The notes below the pieces were generated by a model. The model made no database searches and was not told the DNA's origin. It saw only the letters and a program-made list of their open reading frames with translations. Made by a program: the position numbers and the translations under genes. A stretch of DNA of 54,618 nucleotides, taken from positions 1-54,618 of the IMG/VR virus record IMGVR_UViG_3300037225_000325; one strand, 5' to 3'. The DNA is from a virus. Its lineage: Duplodnaviria > Caudoviricetes. This document shows, piece by piece, positions 18,509 through 27,628 of this stretch; position 1 is the first letter of the stretch, and each line of letters opens with the position of its first letter.

Positions 18509-20584
18509 TCATTCCATCGGCACCGAAAGAGGCGCATCAAGTCTCGCGATGAGTTCTTGATATTGGTCCCCCTTGTCTTCCTCAAGATCGTGGTACTTCA
18601 GCCCGGTCTGACTGAAGCGGCCTATGCACTCAGGAAAGTGACCGCCGTCCGAGGGTTTCCCGTTGTCCTCATAGACCCACCGCTCTATCTGTTTTATGGT
18701 TTCAGTACAATGCGCCTGCACGAAGAACAGCGGCGGCTCGTGAGTCATCCACTCATCGACCTTGGCAATGTAGTTCTTTTCGGCCTTGGACCCTGACCGG
18801 AGTTTGAGCTTGTATTTCTTCAGGAGACGCTGGATTTCGTCAAAGGAATCCTCACTCTGTCCAAATCGGTTTTTGGCATATGACGAATCACCTTTTGCCA
18901 AGGCATCTATCTCTATCCATTCTTCGAGGCGCCACGATTCCCTCTTCCACCTTCTCACTATGTTATCAACTATCTCGCTGTTTCTAAGGTGGTCCCATAC
19001 TTCATCGACAATAAAGTTCCTTCCCCACGGGTCTACCGCACGGAAGGAGATTGCGATGTTCTCGTTCGGATGAAAGTCGATCTGGACATCTACCGGCCAA
19101 TCCGTAGGCACGCTGAAGTCTTTCACCCTGTGAACATCAAGCACAAAGTGCTTCCAGCACCTTCCCATAAGGTGCTTTGGTTCCCCGAACACCCGGGGGA
19201 TGCGCTCTGAATCATCCTCCAACTCCTTGATGAAGCGATGTATCTGGAGCTTCTGTAGGACATAGACAAGGGCATCCTGTATGAACTCCTGTCCGAACTC
19301 GTTGACGAAGGTGACAGTCTTGTTCCCGACCCAATCCTTGATAAGTTTTTCCGTCTCGGGGAGATTCTTGGTTTGGCGGGCTTCCTGCTTCTGCACGACG
19401 AGGATGCTCTTAGCCTGCTCATCTGTAAGCCCAGCCTTCATGAGAACGTTCATATCGTTGTCGTAGAGGTGAGGGGCATCCCAAAGGGAGATATTCGCTA
19501 TCACCTTCACGTCAGCTCTTTGTGCGAGAATGAGTTCATCAAATATCCATGCCTCCTTCAGGGGTGTCATCGACATGAAGACGCGACCTCCCGTCATGAA
19601 AAGACCACGGGACATTCCAACCCAGATAGGCTTCGGAGGCGGCTCATCTGCCCACCATGCCGTTGCTTTAAAAGACTCAAACAAATCCTTATCCTGCCGG
19701 TATGTCCTCAAAGCGAATGTGCTTCCCGTAGGCTTGTGTTTCCAGTCGGTTTCTATTCCTACGTTGTTCTTGCTTGTCTCCCATTCCCCGTCCTTGCTGT
19801 TGTTAGCCCCAACGGCAAACCTCTTTAAAATCGGGACCAGCACCTTCCCTGCGTGCTCTTCCCAATCCTCCCCGGTGATGATGATGTCAACCGGTGGCTT
19901 TATTCCGAGGCTTGACGGCATGAAGAACTTATCCCCTATCCGAACGGCTCCCTTGAAGGTATCGGGCACGGGGTTCCATGGTTCGTACCCCTTCGCCCAT
20001 GAATGGACGAGAGCGGCGCCCGTATACGATTTTCCCACCTTATTGCTCACTGGGTTTATCACTATCAAAAACCCTTCCCGAAAAGCTTCCATGGTAGCCT
20101 GCTGGTACGAATAGGGGCGGAAGAACTCTATCTGGTGAGACTGGATGTAGTCGTTCAGGAATACAATCCTTCCGTATTCCTTGCGCTCGATCTGCTCCTC
20201 TCCTTCCTGAAGGGCGGCCAGCACGCGGGAAAGCTCCTCGGGGTCGTTGTTGATTTGTTGCAGAAACTTTTCGGCAGCATTCTCTTCCTTCTCTGTGGGG
20301 ACTTTGTCGAGAATGTCCATGTGCGGAGAAGAAAGGATTTTCTTTATCGGGGAGGGAATGGTCTTTGCCCTGGCGGGCTTCTTCGGAAGGAGAGCGGCGA
20401 TTTTTCTTCTTTCTTCCCTATTTCTCCTTCTCCTGTCTATCCCCTTTTCCTTCCGGGTCTGCTTCTTTAGGGGTTTGCCGGCGGCCTTGGCAGCGTAATA
20501 TTTTTCCCAATAGCGAGCACGGCCCTCTGCGGCCCTCTGCTTGAGTTCAGGATCTGCAAACCCCGGCCCGTGCTTCTTCGGCAC
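18509..20584 (-). CDS. terL: Terminase large subunit
   Basis: Walker A-like SNKVGKS, Walker B WWADEPPP, motif III SMTP, and a nuclease domain with IDFHP. Upstream of portal. Confidence 0.85.
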   Translation of the reverse strand: MPKKHGPGFADPELKQRAAEGRARYWEKYYAAKAAGKPLKKQTRKEKGIDRRRRNREERRKIAALLPKKPARAKTIPSPIKKILSSPHMDILDKVPTEKEENAAEKFLQQINNDPEELSRVLAALQEGEEQIERKEYGRIVFLNDYIQSHQIEFFRPYSYQQATMEAFREGFLIVINPVSNKVGKSYTGAALVHSWAKGYEPWNPVPDTFKGAVRIGDKFFMPSSLGIKPPVDIIITGEDWEEHAGKVLVPILKRFAVGANNSKDGEWETSKNNVGIETDWKHKPTGSTFALRTYRQDKDLFESFKATAWWADEPPPKPIWVGMSRGLFMTGGRVFMSMTPLKEAWIFDELILAQRADVKVIANISLWDAPHLYDNDMNVLMKAGLTDEQAKSILVVQKQEARQTKNLPETEKLIKDWVGNKTVTFVNEFGQEFIQDALVYVLQKLQIHRFIKELEDDSERIPRVFGEPKHLMGRCWKHFVLDVHRVKDFSVPTDWPVDVQIDFHPNENIAISFRAVDPWGRNFIVDEVWDHLRNSEIVDNIVRRWKRESWRLEEWIEIDALAKGDSSYAKNRFGQSEDSFDEIQRLLKKYKLKLRSGSKAEKNYIAKVDEWMTHEPPLFFVQAHCTETIKQIERWVYEDNGKPSDGGHFPECIGRFSQTGLKYHDLEEDKGDQYQELIARLDAPLSVPME

Positions 20585-20634
20585 TATTTTTTCTCCTTTT
20601 TGTCTTTCTTCTTGGCTTTCTTCTTCACGGTCAT
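20584..20634 (-). CDS. Lys-rich micro-peptide (16 aa) coupled to the TerL start
   Basis: AGGAGGTG then ATG, giving MTVKKKAKKKDKKEKK. Its TAG overlaps the TerL GTG. Confidence 0.4.
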   Translation of the reverse strand: MTVKKKAKKKDKKEKK

Positions 20635-20748
20635 CACCTCCTCGTAGCTAAATGATCCAACAGCACATGAACTGCGGGCCGTATTTCCAGTCATTCCATG
20701 AAAGGAATATATCGTCAAGGGGCTCGCCTTCTTCGTCTGGATGTCTCA

Positions 20749-21042
20749 TTACTGCCACCGCTTCGTAAACGGGTTGTACTTCGGCTGATAACCCGGCTGC
20801 CGGTAGTCGAACTGTTTCTCGTGGGGATTATACTGAAGTCGATCTCCGGGCTGTGTGCGCTGGAACTGGTTTGCATACGGGTTGTACTGCAACTGGTCGT
20901 TCTGCCCGTGATAGCCCGGCCTGGGGGGAACCCCGTTGTCATAGCCGTTGACCGGAGTACCCCCAAGCAGAAGGAGGAGAGATGAGATGATTGATAGAGT
21001 AAGGGAGACCCGCTTGACTCTGTAGAATAGTTTTGGGGTCAT
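20749..21042 (-). CDS. Small exported/membrane protein with three YNP repeats
   Basis: Hydrophobic N-terminal segment, then LQYNPY / LQYNPH / PKYNPF. Confidence 0.6.
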   Translation of the reverse strand: MTPKLFYRVKRVSLTLSIISSLLLLLGGTPVNGYDNGVPPRPGYHGQNDQLQYNPYANQFQRTQPGDRLQYNPHEKQFDYRQPGYQPKYNPFTKRWQ

Positions 21043-21097
21043 GTCTGAGGTCTCCCTGAGTGGTTGATTTTCCAAGTAAGTACTTCGGTGGGTTGGA

Positions 21098-21430
21098 TCA
21101 ATAGTTCCCCTCCAGAGTGATAAGGTTATTGTCAATGAGCACCTGGGCAAGTCCGTTTGAAAGGCCTTCTATCAGGCGTTCCTTTTCTTCTTCCTTGCCA
21201 ATCTTGTCCATGCAGTAAATTATATCTACGCAGTGTACGATCTCGTGAAAGAAAGTCTCCAGAAGAGCCGAGTCGGGTCTCTGGTTCCCATTGCAGTCAA
21301 CCCCGCTGATTCGTATTTCCTTCAAGGCGTGGTCGGCCTGCCCCTGATAATCATCCCTTTCCCTGAAGTGGTGGGGGTAGATAACCGTGTAGGTGTGGGG
21401 TCCGATCTTGAGGGAAGGGGGGAAGGTCAT
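21098..21430 (-). CDS. HExxH metallopeptidase-like protein
   Basis: MTFPPSLKIGPHTYTV...ETFFHEIVHC...E..I.GLSNGL.QVL.DN. Confidence 0.65.
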   Translation of the reverse strand: MTFPPSLKIGPHTYTVIYPHHFRERDDYQGQADHALKEIRISGVDCNGNQRPDSALLETFFHEIVHCVDIIYCMDKIGKEEEKERLIEGLSNGLAQVLIDNNLITLEGNY

Positions 21431-21636
21431 GCCGCCATTTCCTTGTAGGTCAGTCGGGCAACTTCCCGGTCCGTGATGTGCTGGTAGGACTTCAGAACAC
21501 CATCCGCCCTGACGTGGTAAATCTGACCGGTAGAGTGAAGGGAGAGGACTGAGCCATCGGGCAGGGTGGTCTCTTCGATGACAGTGAGCCAAGGCTTGAA
21601 GGCATCACAGGAGGGCCCAGACCATCGGGTACTCAT
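21427..21636 (-). CDS. Hypothetical protein
   Basis: 69 aa; ATGA coupling on both sides. Confidence 0.5.
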   Translation of the reverse strand: MSTRWSGPSCDAFKPWLTVIEETTLPDGSVLSLHSTGQIYHVRADGVLKSYQHITDREVARLTYKEMAA

Positions 21637-22055
21637 AGTTCGGCGCCTCCGTCTTGGGTGAAGTCCTTCGGAGTAACCCGGATTATCTTCTTCCATTTTT
21701 TCTTGTCGGTAAGCCAGTAGATGTTCGGCTGGCCCTTCACCCGGTCAACCTTGATAAGTCGGTGAAGTTCGAGTAACTTGATGGATTTGATAACGGTGTG
21801 GGGTCCCATCCCTAATTTTTCTGAGAGAAAGGCAATAGAAGGAAAGCAGGTCTGATCTGCTCCAACGTGGCGGCACAAGGCAAAATAAACCATCGACACG
21901 CCGGATTCGAAGAGCCTCGCCCATCCGTTTAGGTACGCATCGTCAACCATGAAGAACTTGTCGCGTAAGTCCCTGATTTCAAAGGGATCAGTGTTTCCCT
22001 TTTTTAATTCCTTCCTGCGTTTCTTGATTCGTAACTGTATGACTTTACTACTCAT
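21633..22055 (-). CDS. Winged-HTH (HTH_36-like) DNA-binding protein
   Basis: VYFALCRH...CFPSIAFLSEKLGMG..TVIKSIK.LE...LI...N.Y.L pattern. Confidence 0.75.
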   Translation of the reverse strand: MSSKVIQLRIKKRRKELKKGNTDPFEIRDLRDKFFMVDDAYLNGWARLFESGVSMVYFALCRHVGADQTCFPSIAFLSEKLGMGPHTVIKSIKLLELHRLIKVDRVKGQPNIYWLTDKKKWKKIIRVTPKDFTQDGGAEL

Positions 22056-22582
22056 TTTTCACCACCAGTGTCTGAAATGTCACTACTACCAGTGTCTGTA
22101 CAGACACACGAAGGTAACACACTTATGCGCCCTTGAATTCCCGTGTGGTCTTTCTGTGAAGCTATAGTCGAACGACTGGCCTCGGAAATCTTCATGCTTC
22201 TACCTTGTACGCCATATCGAGGAAGCTGTCAAGGATAATCTTCGTCTTCGGGGAGGGGGAAGGGACTTTTATGAAAATCGTAAACACGGGGGGACATGAG
22301 AATAATAATCAGGCCGCAAACCGCCACGGGCAGGCCCCGGTAGGGCCAGGGCATCACGGGGGTAGGAGACGGGACGCACGGACCATTGACACGGCTGAGA
22401 GAGGGCCAGGTGACAGAGAGGATGAAGACACGAGACCTCGAAGGTAGAGAGACAATCGTTACCATGACAATGGTACAGATAAGGAGTATTATGGTAAAAA
22501 CGCTGTGCTGTATCTACTGGGAATGATTAACGATATTGAATTGCGGTTGACGGCCCTGATAAGTGGGTTGCAATGGGCATAA

Positions 22583-23146
22583 TCAGCCCTCAATTTCCCT
22601 CTTCGGGGTGCCGACTATCCCACTTGTAAGCATCTTTTGAGCTTCCAGCACTACTTTGATCTGAGAAAGGCGGATCTCTTTGGCGGCCCTAAGTTGCTCG
22701 ATCTCCATGGTAACGGCACCGGAATCAACGATGGAGGTAGACTCCCCGCGCTCCAGACGCTCGCTCTGATGGTCGTAGTAGCGGCCTCCCTGCATGGTGT
22801 GGACAATCTCTTTTTGTAATCGCACGTCTTGTTCGAGGAGATTAACCGGGTTAGACAGCCAGCTCTCTACAATCAGGTCCTCTACCGCCTGTTTTTTGGC
22901 CTGGCTCAGAGTGAGTATATCTGCATGGTTGTTAGCATAACACCTGATCTGTAGCCGCAATGGCTCTATGCTCTCCAAATATCGCGTTACCGTAGAGACA
23001 GCGACTCCCTGATGTTTGGCTATGTCCGTAGCCGTGACGCCTTGTGCCGCAAGGGTCTGTGTTTTGTCTCGGTCCAATTTTTGGGCGCGATGGCGTCTCA
23101 GCAGTATTGCGGTCTCTGGGGCAGTATCGGGCAGTATTTTACCCAT
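22583..23146 (-). CDS. HTH protein, probable terminase small subunit
   Basis: TDIAKHQGVAVSTVTRYL HTH and C-terminal ERLERGEST motif. Upstream of TerL. ATG lies 6 nt after a TATAAT box. Confidence 0.6.
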   Translation of the reverse strand: MGKILPDTAPETAILLRRHRAQKLDRDKTQTLAAQGVTATDIAKHQGVAVSTVTRYLESIEPLRLQIRCYANNHADILTLSQAKKQAVEDLIVESWLSNPVNLLEQDVRLQKEIVHTMQGGRYYDHQSERLERGESTSIVDSGAVTMEIEQLRAAKEIRLSQIKVVLEAQKMLTSGIVGTPKREIEG

Positions 23147-23152
23147 TTGGTT

Positions 23153-23181
23153 ATTATAGGGTAGTATTTTTCCTTTGTCAA
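23153..23181 (-). promoter_or_regulatory. Consensus sigma70 promoter for the TerS-like gene
   Basis: TTGACA (23181-23176), 17-nt spacer, TATAAT (23158-23153). Confidence 0.8.
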
Positions 23182-23477
23182 GTCCCTCGCTCCTCGAAGA
23201 CGCCGATTCCCAGACATACCTGGCCGAGTGCAATCAGGCGATGGAAGCGGCAGGGCTGCATGTTGAGAAAGTAGGCTATTGCCCTTTACTCGTAGCCGAG
23301 CACCTTCTTGTGCAAGCCGAGTGGGCATTGATGGACGTCATGGAATCGGTAACAGGCATCAGCAAGGACGATGTTTACGGCGACATGCGAAAGAAATACC
23401 TTGATTTGATTCTGAGCATGCTATCCCCACTCGTAAAGAATCCACTCAAGAGGAGCGTGAACCATGAACCTCACTAG
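23175..23477 (+). pseudogene. Probable 5'-truncated phage gene remnant
   Basis: Protein-like sequence (YLAEC...GYCPLLVAE...RKKYLDL), but the only early start is a TTG inside the opposing promoter with no RBS. Confidence 0.4.
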
Positions 23478-23655
23478 AACCCAGCGCATCTTGATCTCCA
23501 TGGGCACCCGGGCCCTGGACAAGCAGACGCCGGTCTGGGACACGAAACAAATCCTGACAGTGATTGATGACCTGGCCGCGCAACAAGGAATCACCTTGAC
23601 GATATTGGAAAAAGTGCCTATCGTGATAGAGATAGGAAGGAGATTTGGAGTATGA
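23464..23655 (+). CDS. Hypothetical protein
   Basis: 63 aa; RBS GAGGAG. Confidence 0.55.
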   Translation: MNLTRTQRILISMGTRALDKQTPVWDTKQILTVIDDLAAQQGITLTILEKVPIVIEIGRRFGV

Positions 23656-23706
23656 ACCACGTTTTCATTGGGATAAAAAATAAGTTGTTTTTTATGAAAA
23701 TAATGC

Positions 23707-23735
23707 TTGACATCCCTGATTATCTGTGCTAATCT
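23707..23735 (+). promoter_or_regulatory. Strong sigma70 promoter of the plus-strand island
   Basis: TTGACA, 17-nt spacer, TGc-TAATCT (extended -10), with an AT-rich UP-like tract upstream. Confidence 0.75.
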
Positions 23736-23777
23736 ATATATATGATCGAGATACAAAATAAAACACCGGAGGGCACA

Positions 23778-24062
23778 ATGAAAAAGGTTTGCAGAATAAA
23801 TCTTTTTGGTGAAGATGTACAGGTTTATCAGAGCGCCCATTTTTGCTATGCGACGACATCCGAGGGTATTTGGACTGCGGACGATCCCACGGCTCCCGAT
23901 GACAGATGGACGCCGCTTGACGAGACCATAGAGCGCCTCCGTGGAGCGGTAACACAATCCTATCGGACCATTACCGAGCTTTGCCGCGACAATGACGATC
24001 CACTTGCCAGCAATGCAGGGCTTATCCGCCCACTGCTCAGACAAGCTGTGCCGGGGCTGTAA
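23778..24062 (+). CDS. Small acidic hypothetical protein
   Basis: RBS GGAGG before MKKVCRINLFGE; an alternative near-leaderless start lies at 23742. Confidence 0.6.
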   Translation: MKKVCRINLFGEDVQVYQSAHFCYATTSEGIWTADDPTAPDDRWTPLDETIERLRGAVTQSYRTITELCRDNDDPLASNAGLIRPLLRQAVPGL

Positions 24063-24063
24063 G

Positions 24064-24498
24064 ATGGCTAACACAACTCCCGTCCTTGTCAGACTTTCTC
24101 CCGAAAAACTCGCCTTCCTGGATTCTGAGGCCGCACGTCTCGGGGTCCCAAGGGCAACGGTGATCCAATTGATGATAGAGGATAGCAAAAACCAGAAGGG
24201 GGATAAAATGACATTCAACGGGTCTCCGAAACAAAACAAATGGGCGGCGGAAATACTGAAGAGCGCAGCATTGACAGATGAGCAAATCGACAACCTCCTG
24301 AGATGGGGAGGCCCCACGATGTATAAAGCGGGCGTGATGGACGTAACGATAATCATAGACAACCGTAGCAGGCTCACGGCCTATGCTGATGCCCTCGGAA
24401 AACACTATCAGAAAACGGCTGAGGAAAAACAGGCTGTTGCTAATGAGGCTGCCAACATTGTTCACCACATCGCCGATTTTCACACCGGGAGAAATTAA
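24064..24498 (+). CDS. Ribbon-helix-helix domain in frame with a GSxKQxxWA-motif protein (internal start at 24208)
   Basis: PVLVRLSPEKLAFLDSEAARLGVPRATVIQ is RHH-like. It is followed by MTFNGSPKQNKWAAEI, which has its own purine-rich RBS. Confidence 0.6.
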   Translation: MANTTPVLVRLSPEKLAFLDSEAARLGVPRATVIQLMIEDSKNQKGDKMTFNGSPKQNKWAAEILKSAALTDEQIDNLLRWGGPTMYKAGVMDVTIIIDNRSRLTAYADALGKHYQKTAEEKQAVANEAANIVHHIADFHTGRN

Positions 24499-24499
24499 C

Positions 24500-24649
24500 A
24501 TGTCTAACTCAACCCCCGTCCTCGTCCGCCTCTCCCCCGACAAAATCGCGTTCCTGGACTCCGCGGCCGCCCGGCTCGGGGTCCCAAGGGCAACGGTGAT
24601 CCAATTGTGGATCGCCGAGAAACAGTGCGCGGGGAAAAAGGGGAAATAG
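24500..24649 (+). CDS. Ribbon-helix-helix (CopG-like) regulator, paralogue of the 24064 N-terminus
   Basis: MSNSTPVLVRLSPDKIAFLDSAAARLGVPRATVIQLWI. Confidence 0.7.
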   Translation: MSNSTPVLVRLSPDKIAFLDSAAARLGVPRATVIQLWIAEKQCAGKKGK

Positions 24650-24912
24650 GCGCCTCCGGCGGCCCTTTCTTTTGCCTGTGTCTCAGCATAGAACCTCTTT
24701 CTTTCCTGTCCCTTTTCCGGGTGGTCCGGGGGAAGCAGCCAAAGAGGTTCGATAGTCCAGGGGCCCTAAAGTGAGCTTGGGACAGTCGAGGTCGTCAAAG
24801 ATCCCGGTATGCCGGTTGAGAGAAGACGATGGACCCTCGATGGATTTGATACGACTTCCATATACCCTTTCGGGCGAGGGAGGCGGAACCGCTTAGAACT
24901 CCCCCATAGCAC

Positions 24913-24947
24913 AGAAAAACGGGCACCCTGATTTCTCAAAGTGCCCG
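24913..24947 (-). terminator. Rho-independent terminator
   Basis: CGGGCACTTTGA-GAAA-TCAGGGTGCCCG followed by TTTTTCT on the minus strand. Confidence 0.75.
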
Positions 24948-25047
24948 ATATGCTTTCGGCGTTTGTGGAGAACAGAAGGCACGAGGCTTTTTTGTTCACG
25001 CCGGGGAAGCCTACATCAAATTGTTGTCTACTATTCTCCACATCCTT

Positions 25048-25076
25048 AGTGTAGAGACCTTACGGATGGATGTCAA
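25048..25076 (-). promoter_or_regulatory. sigma70 promoter
   Basis: TTGACA, 17-nt spacer, TACACT. Confidence 0.65.
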
Positions 25077-25195
25077 GGTTTATTTTGTCCGGCCCGTAAC
25101 CTTACCGCCCTTGGTAGCCTCTCGGCCCCTATACCCAGGCAAATGAGTTTGTGGAGTTGTGGCGATAAATTCTCGGGCCGGACGTTTGTCAAATT

Positions 25196-25504
25196 CTATC
25201 CCTCCACGGGCGCCGCAGGCTCTGCCGGTTTCGCTGCTGCTTCGAGGGTATCTGCCAGAGCATTGAGCTTGTCTACGGCTGTTTCGATGGCCGGGGTGTC
25301 GTCTATTCCGTATGCCTGCGAGACCTGATCGGCCAGGGCCTTAATCTCCGTCACTGCATCATTCACCGCCGTCTGAATCTTGATTACCACTGCCGCCAAA
25401 TCGTCTAACGCTGCCATGATTCGTGCCTCCATGTTTTTGATTTCCTGCAACTCCTGCAGGATTGAAGCCCGGTTCCACCGTTTCCACCATATCGGATATC
25501 CCAA
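25196..25504 (-). CDS. Coiled-coil hypothetical protein
   Basis: RBS AAAGGAGG before a TTG start; IMAALDDLAAVV... heptad pattern. Confidence 0.6.
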   Translation of the reverse strand: MGYPIWWKRWNRASILQELQEIKNMEARIMAALDDLAAVVIKIQTAVNDAVTEIKALADQVSQAYGIDDTPAIETAVDKLNALADTLEAAAKPAEPAAPVEG

Positions 25505-25559
25505 GTTACCTCCTTTCCTTGCTCCTGGCGTTCGGTGACGCAACTTTCATAGCGTGAGG

Positions 25560-26042
25560 CTACCTTGTCATTCTTTCCTCTGCAAGCACTGCGACCCCCA
25601 GAGCGGCAAAGTTGTGGTCACTCCACCCCGGCACCGTCAATGAGCCCGACTTGCTCCGTTTGTGGGCCATTCCAAATCTTTCCACCATACATTCTTTGAG
25701 CCACCTGTCCGCACCTTTCTTCTCGATGCTGAACGCCTTCAGGACATCGCTTCGGGGTATCTTCCATACCGGAAGCGTGACGCCCTTAGCGGCCTGCTCG
25801 AAACGTCCTACCCATTCGCAGGTTTCCAGGGTATCATTGCCTACCTGCTGGCCATAGGACCGAATGCGTTCGATAACGACAAGACCTACTTTTGCTATAA
25901 CCCCTTCACGGAAGCTTGGCAGCGATAGAAATTCACACATCTTTTCGTTTTCTATGTGGCCTGGCTCGCCCGTTTGCTTGTCTGTATCCCAAAGGACGTA
26001 CGCGCTCATTGTCTGACCCGGATCGATAGCAAGTAGCTTCAC
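25560..26042 (-). CDS. RuvC-like Holliday junction resolvase
   Basis: LLAIDPG...VVIE...D...DHNFAALGVA, an RNase H-fold pattern. Confidence 0.7.
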   Translation of the reverse strand: MKLLAIDPGQTMSAYVLWDTDKQTGEPGHIENEKMCEFLSLPSFREGVIAKVGLVVIERIRSYGQQVGNDTLETCEWVGRFEQAAKGVTLPVWKIPRSDVLKAFSIEKKGADRWLKECMVERFGMAHKRSKSGSLTVPGWSDHNFAALGVAVLAEERMTR

Positions 26043-26069
26043 TTTTCCCTCCTTTCCCTCTCGCTTATC

Positions 26070-26294
26070 CTAGCGCTCAGTATCGACGGGGAGACATAGC
26101 GGCACATCTTCATAGTTCTCTGTCCATTCCACATCAACATTCCGGCACGAGGCAACCACCACGAGAACATGGAAGCGCCGGCCGGGGTTATTCCTGGCAA
26201 GCCGTTCCGCTTCCTGGCGCGCGGATTGCTCCGTAAAATGTTTGACTCCCGGGCATCTGCTTCCCTCATTCCAAACCATCCAAAAAGCAGTCAT
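26070..26294 (-). CDS. Hypothetical phage protein
   Basis: FWMVW...P...H....A..EAERLA..NPG..F.VL, a recurrent phage motif; RBS GAGG. Confidence 0.65.
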   Translation of the reverse strand: MTAFWMVWNEGSRCPGVKHFTEQSARQEAERLARNNPGRRFHVLVVVASCRNVDVEWTENYEDVPLCLPVDTER

Positions 26295-26325
26295 GTCTTA
26301 TCCCTCCTCTGGGAAATCAGGGTCA

Positions 26326-26850
26326 TCACTGTAGTTTTCTAACCGCCTCTCTAAACGTGATCCCCTCTTTCTTCATTACAAAATCAATCGTATCCCCGTG
26401 CCATCCGCAAGAACCAGACCAACACTTAAAACGGTTGTGCCTTATACTCATGGACGGGCTGTTGTCATCATGAAAAGGACAGAGCATAAGGTTTCTCCTT
26501 ACGACAATTCCATACCCTTCCGCAAGGGCAACGGCATCCTGGGCCTTCGCAATATCCTTCTCGCCTTCCGTCACTTCGTTTCTGATTTCTCCCTTCATGG
26601 CTGCTCCCCGGTAGACGATCTCTTTCAAGTCCTTTCTGATCTGCTTCCCAAGTTCCTGAATATGGTAAATTTCCAAGGCGCGAGGCCAGTTATTGCCTGG
26701 AGGCGTCCTGTCAAACCGAGCGTTATGGCCCCACAAGAGCACGAGGTTATCTGTAATCCTATTCTCCAGATATTCAATCCGGCGCTCGTGTTTCCACTCA
26801 TCGGGAAACTCAGCCTTAAACTCAGCCATTCTCTCGGTTTGACTTCTCAT
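26326..26850 (-). CDS. CHC2 zinc-finger (primase-type) protein
   Basis: CPFHDDNSPS...FKCWSGSCGWHGDTIDFVM...F.EAV. Confidence 0.8.
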   Translation of the reverse strand: MRSQTERMAEFKAEFPDEWKHERRIEYLENRITDNLVLLWGHNARFDRTPPGNNWPRALEIYHIQELGKQIRKDLKEIVYRGAAMKGEIRNEVTEGEKDIAKAQDAVALAEGYGIVVRRNLMLCPFHDDNSPSMSIRHNRFKCWSGSCGWHGDTIDFVMKKEGITFREAVRKLQ

Positions 26851-27628
26851 AGTATCTGTTCTCCATTCGGTTTAGGGTAAGGGGGATTTTTATGTCTATG
26901 ATGCCGCGGCGCCTGTTCTTCGCAATCTTGCACACAGTGAGGCTCTTGTCTTCTGGGTGGCGCCACACGTAAAGGACGGTATCTGCCTCTTGTTCGATGA
27001 AGGATGAATCCCGGATGCTCCCAAGCCCAAGCTCTCCGTCCTGATCCCTTGTTTTCATGGTATGACAGACCAGAAACATAATCATCCGGCGCGTCACGGC
27101 TATCCTTTTGAGGTCCCGCACTACTTGGCCGATGACCATACTCATGTTCTGGCGGGCTATCAGGCCCACGAGAAAGTGAAGGTGATCTATGTAAACCGCT
27201 TTAACGTCATGCTTCACATTGGCTTCAATAACCCTATCCTCTATCCATGCCGAAGTTTTGTCTTTCAAGGCGAGGGGCATGAAGATGTGTCCGTGATAGT
27301 CAAGGTGGATCTTATCGGCAAATTCCTGCTCTTCCATCTCGTACGAGAACCACAGGGGCAGGATGGACTTTTCCATGAGAGATTGGGTGAAGGTCTGGCA
27401 AAGGGTAGTCTTTCCATGCCCGGATATGCCCGACACTACAACAAGCTGTCCGGGATAGAAACCGCCGTCAAGGGCCTTGTCGAGGGAAGCCAGCCCCGAC
27501 TGAACAGGTTTAAGCCGCTCCCGGCCGGCGTACTTCTGGACAAGAATCTCCTTGAGAGAAACAACCCGGTCTTCTCCCTCGTAGGAAGAAAGGGTAAGTT
27601 CCTTGTCTATAGTTTCAGATATTGTCAA
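26822..27628 (-). CDS. DnaB-like replicative helicase (C-terminal domain)
   Basis: Walker A GISGHGKT, IDHLH, RDSSFIEQEAD, IAKNRRG. Probable TTG start at 27628 after GAGG. Confidence 0.85.
   Translation of the reverse strand: MTISETIDKELTLSSYEGEDRVVSLKEILVQKYAGRERLKPVQSGLASLDKALDGGFYPGQLVVVSGISGHGKTTLCQTFTQSLMEKSILPLWFSYEMEEQEFADKIHLDYHGHIFMPLALKDKTSAWIEDRVIEANVKHDVKAVYIDHLHFLVGLIARQNMSMVIGQVVRDLKRIAVTRRMIMFLVCHTMKTRDQDGELGLGSIRDSSFIEQEADTVLYVWRHPEDKSLTVCKIAKNRRRGIIDIKIPLTLNRMENRYYEKSNRENG

Noticed and set aside
23421-24377. 318-aa minus-strand ORF
   Set aside because: Antisense to a promoter- and RBS-supported plus-strand operon; its composition is not protein-like.
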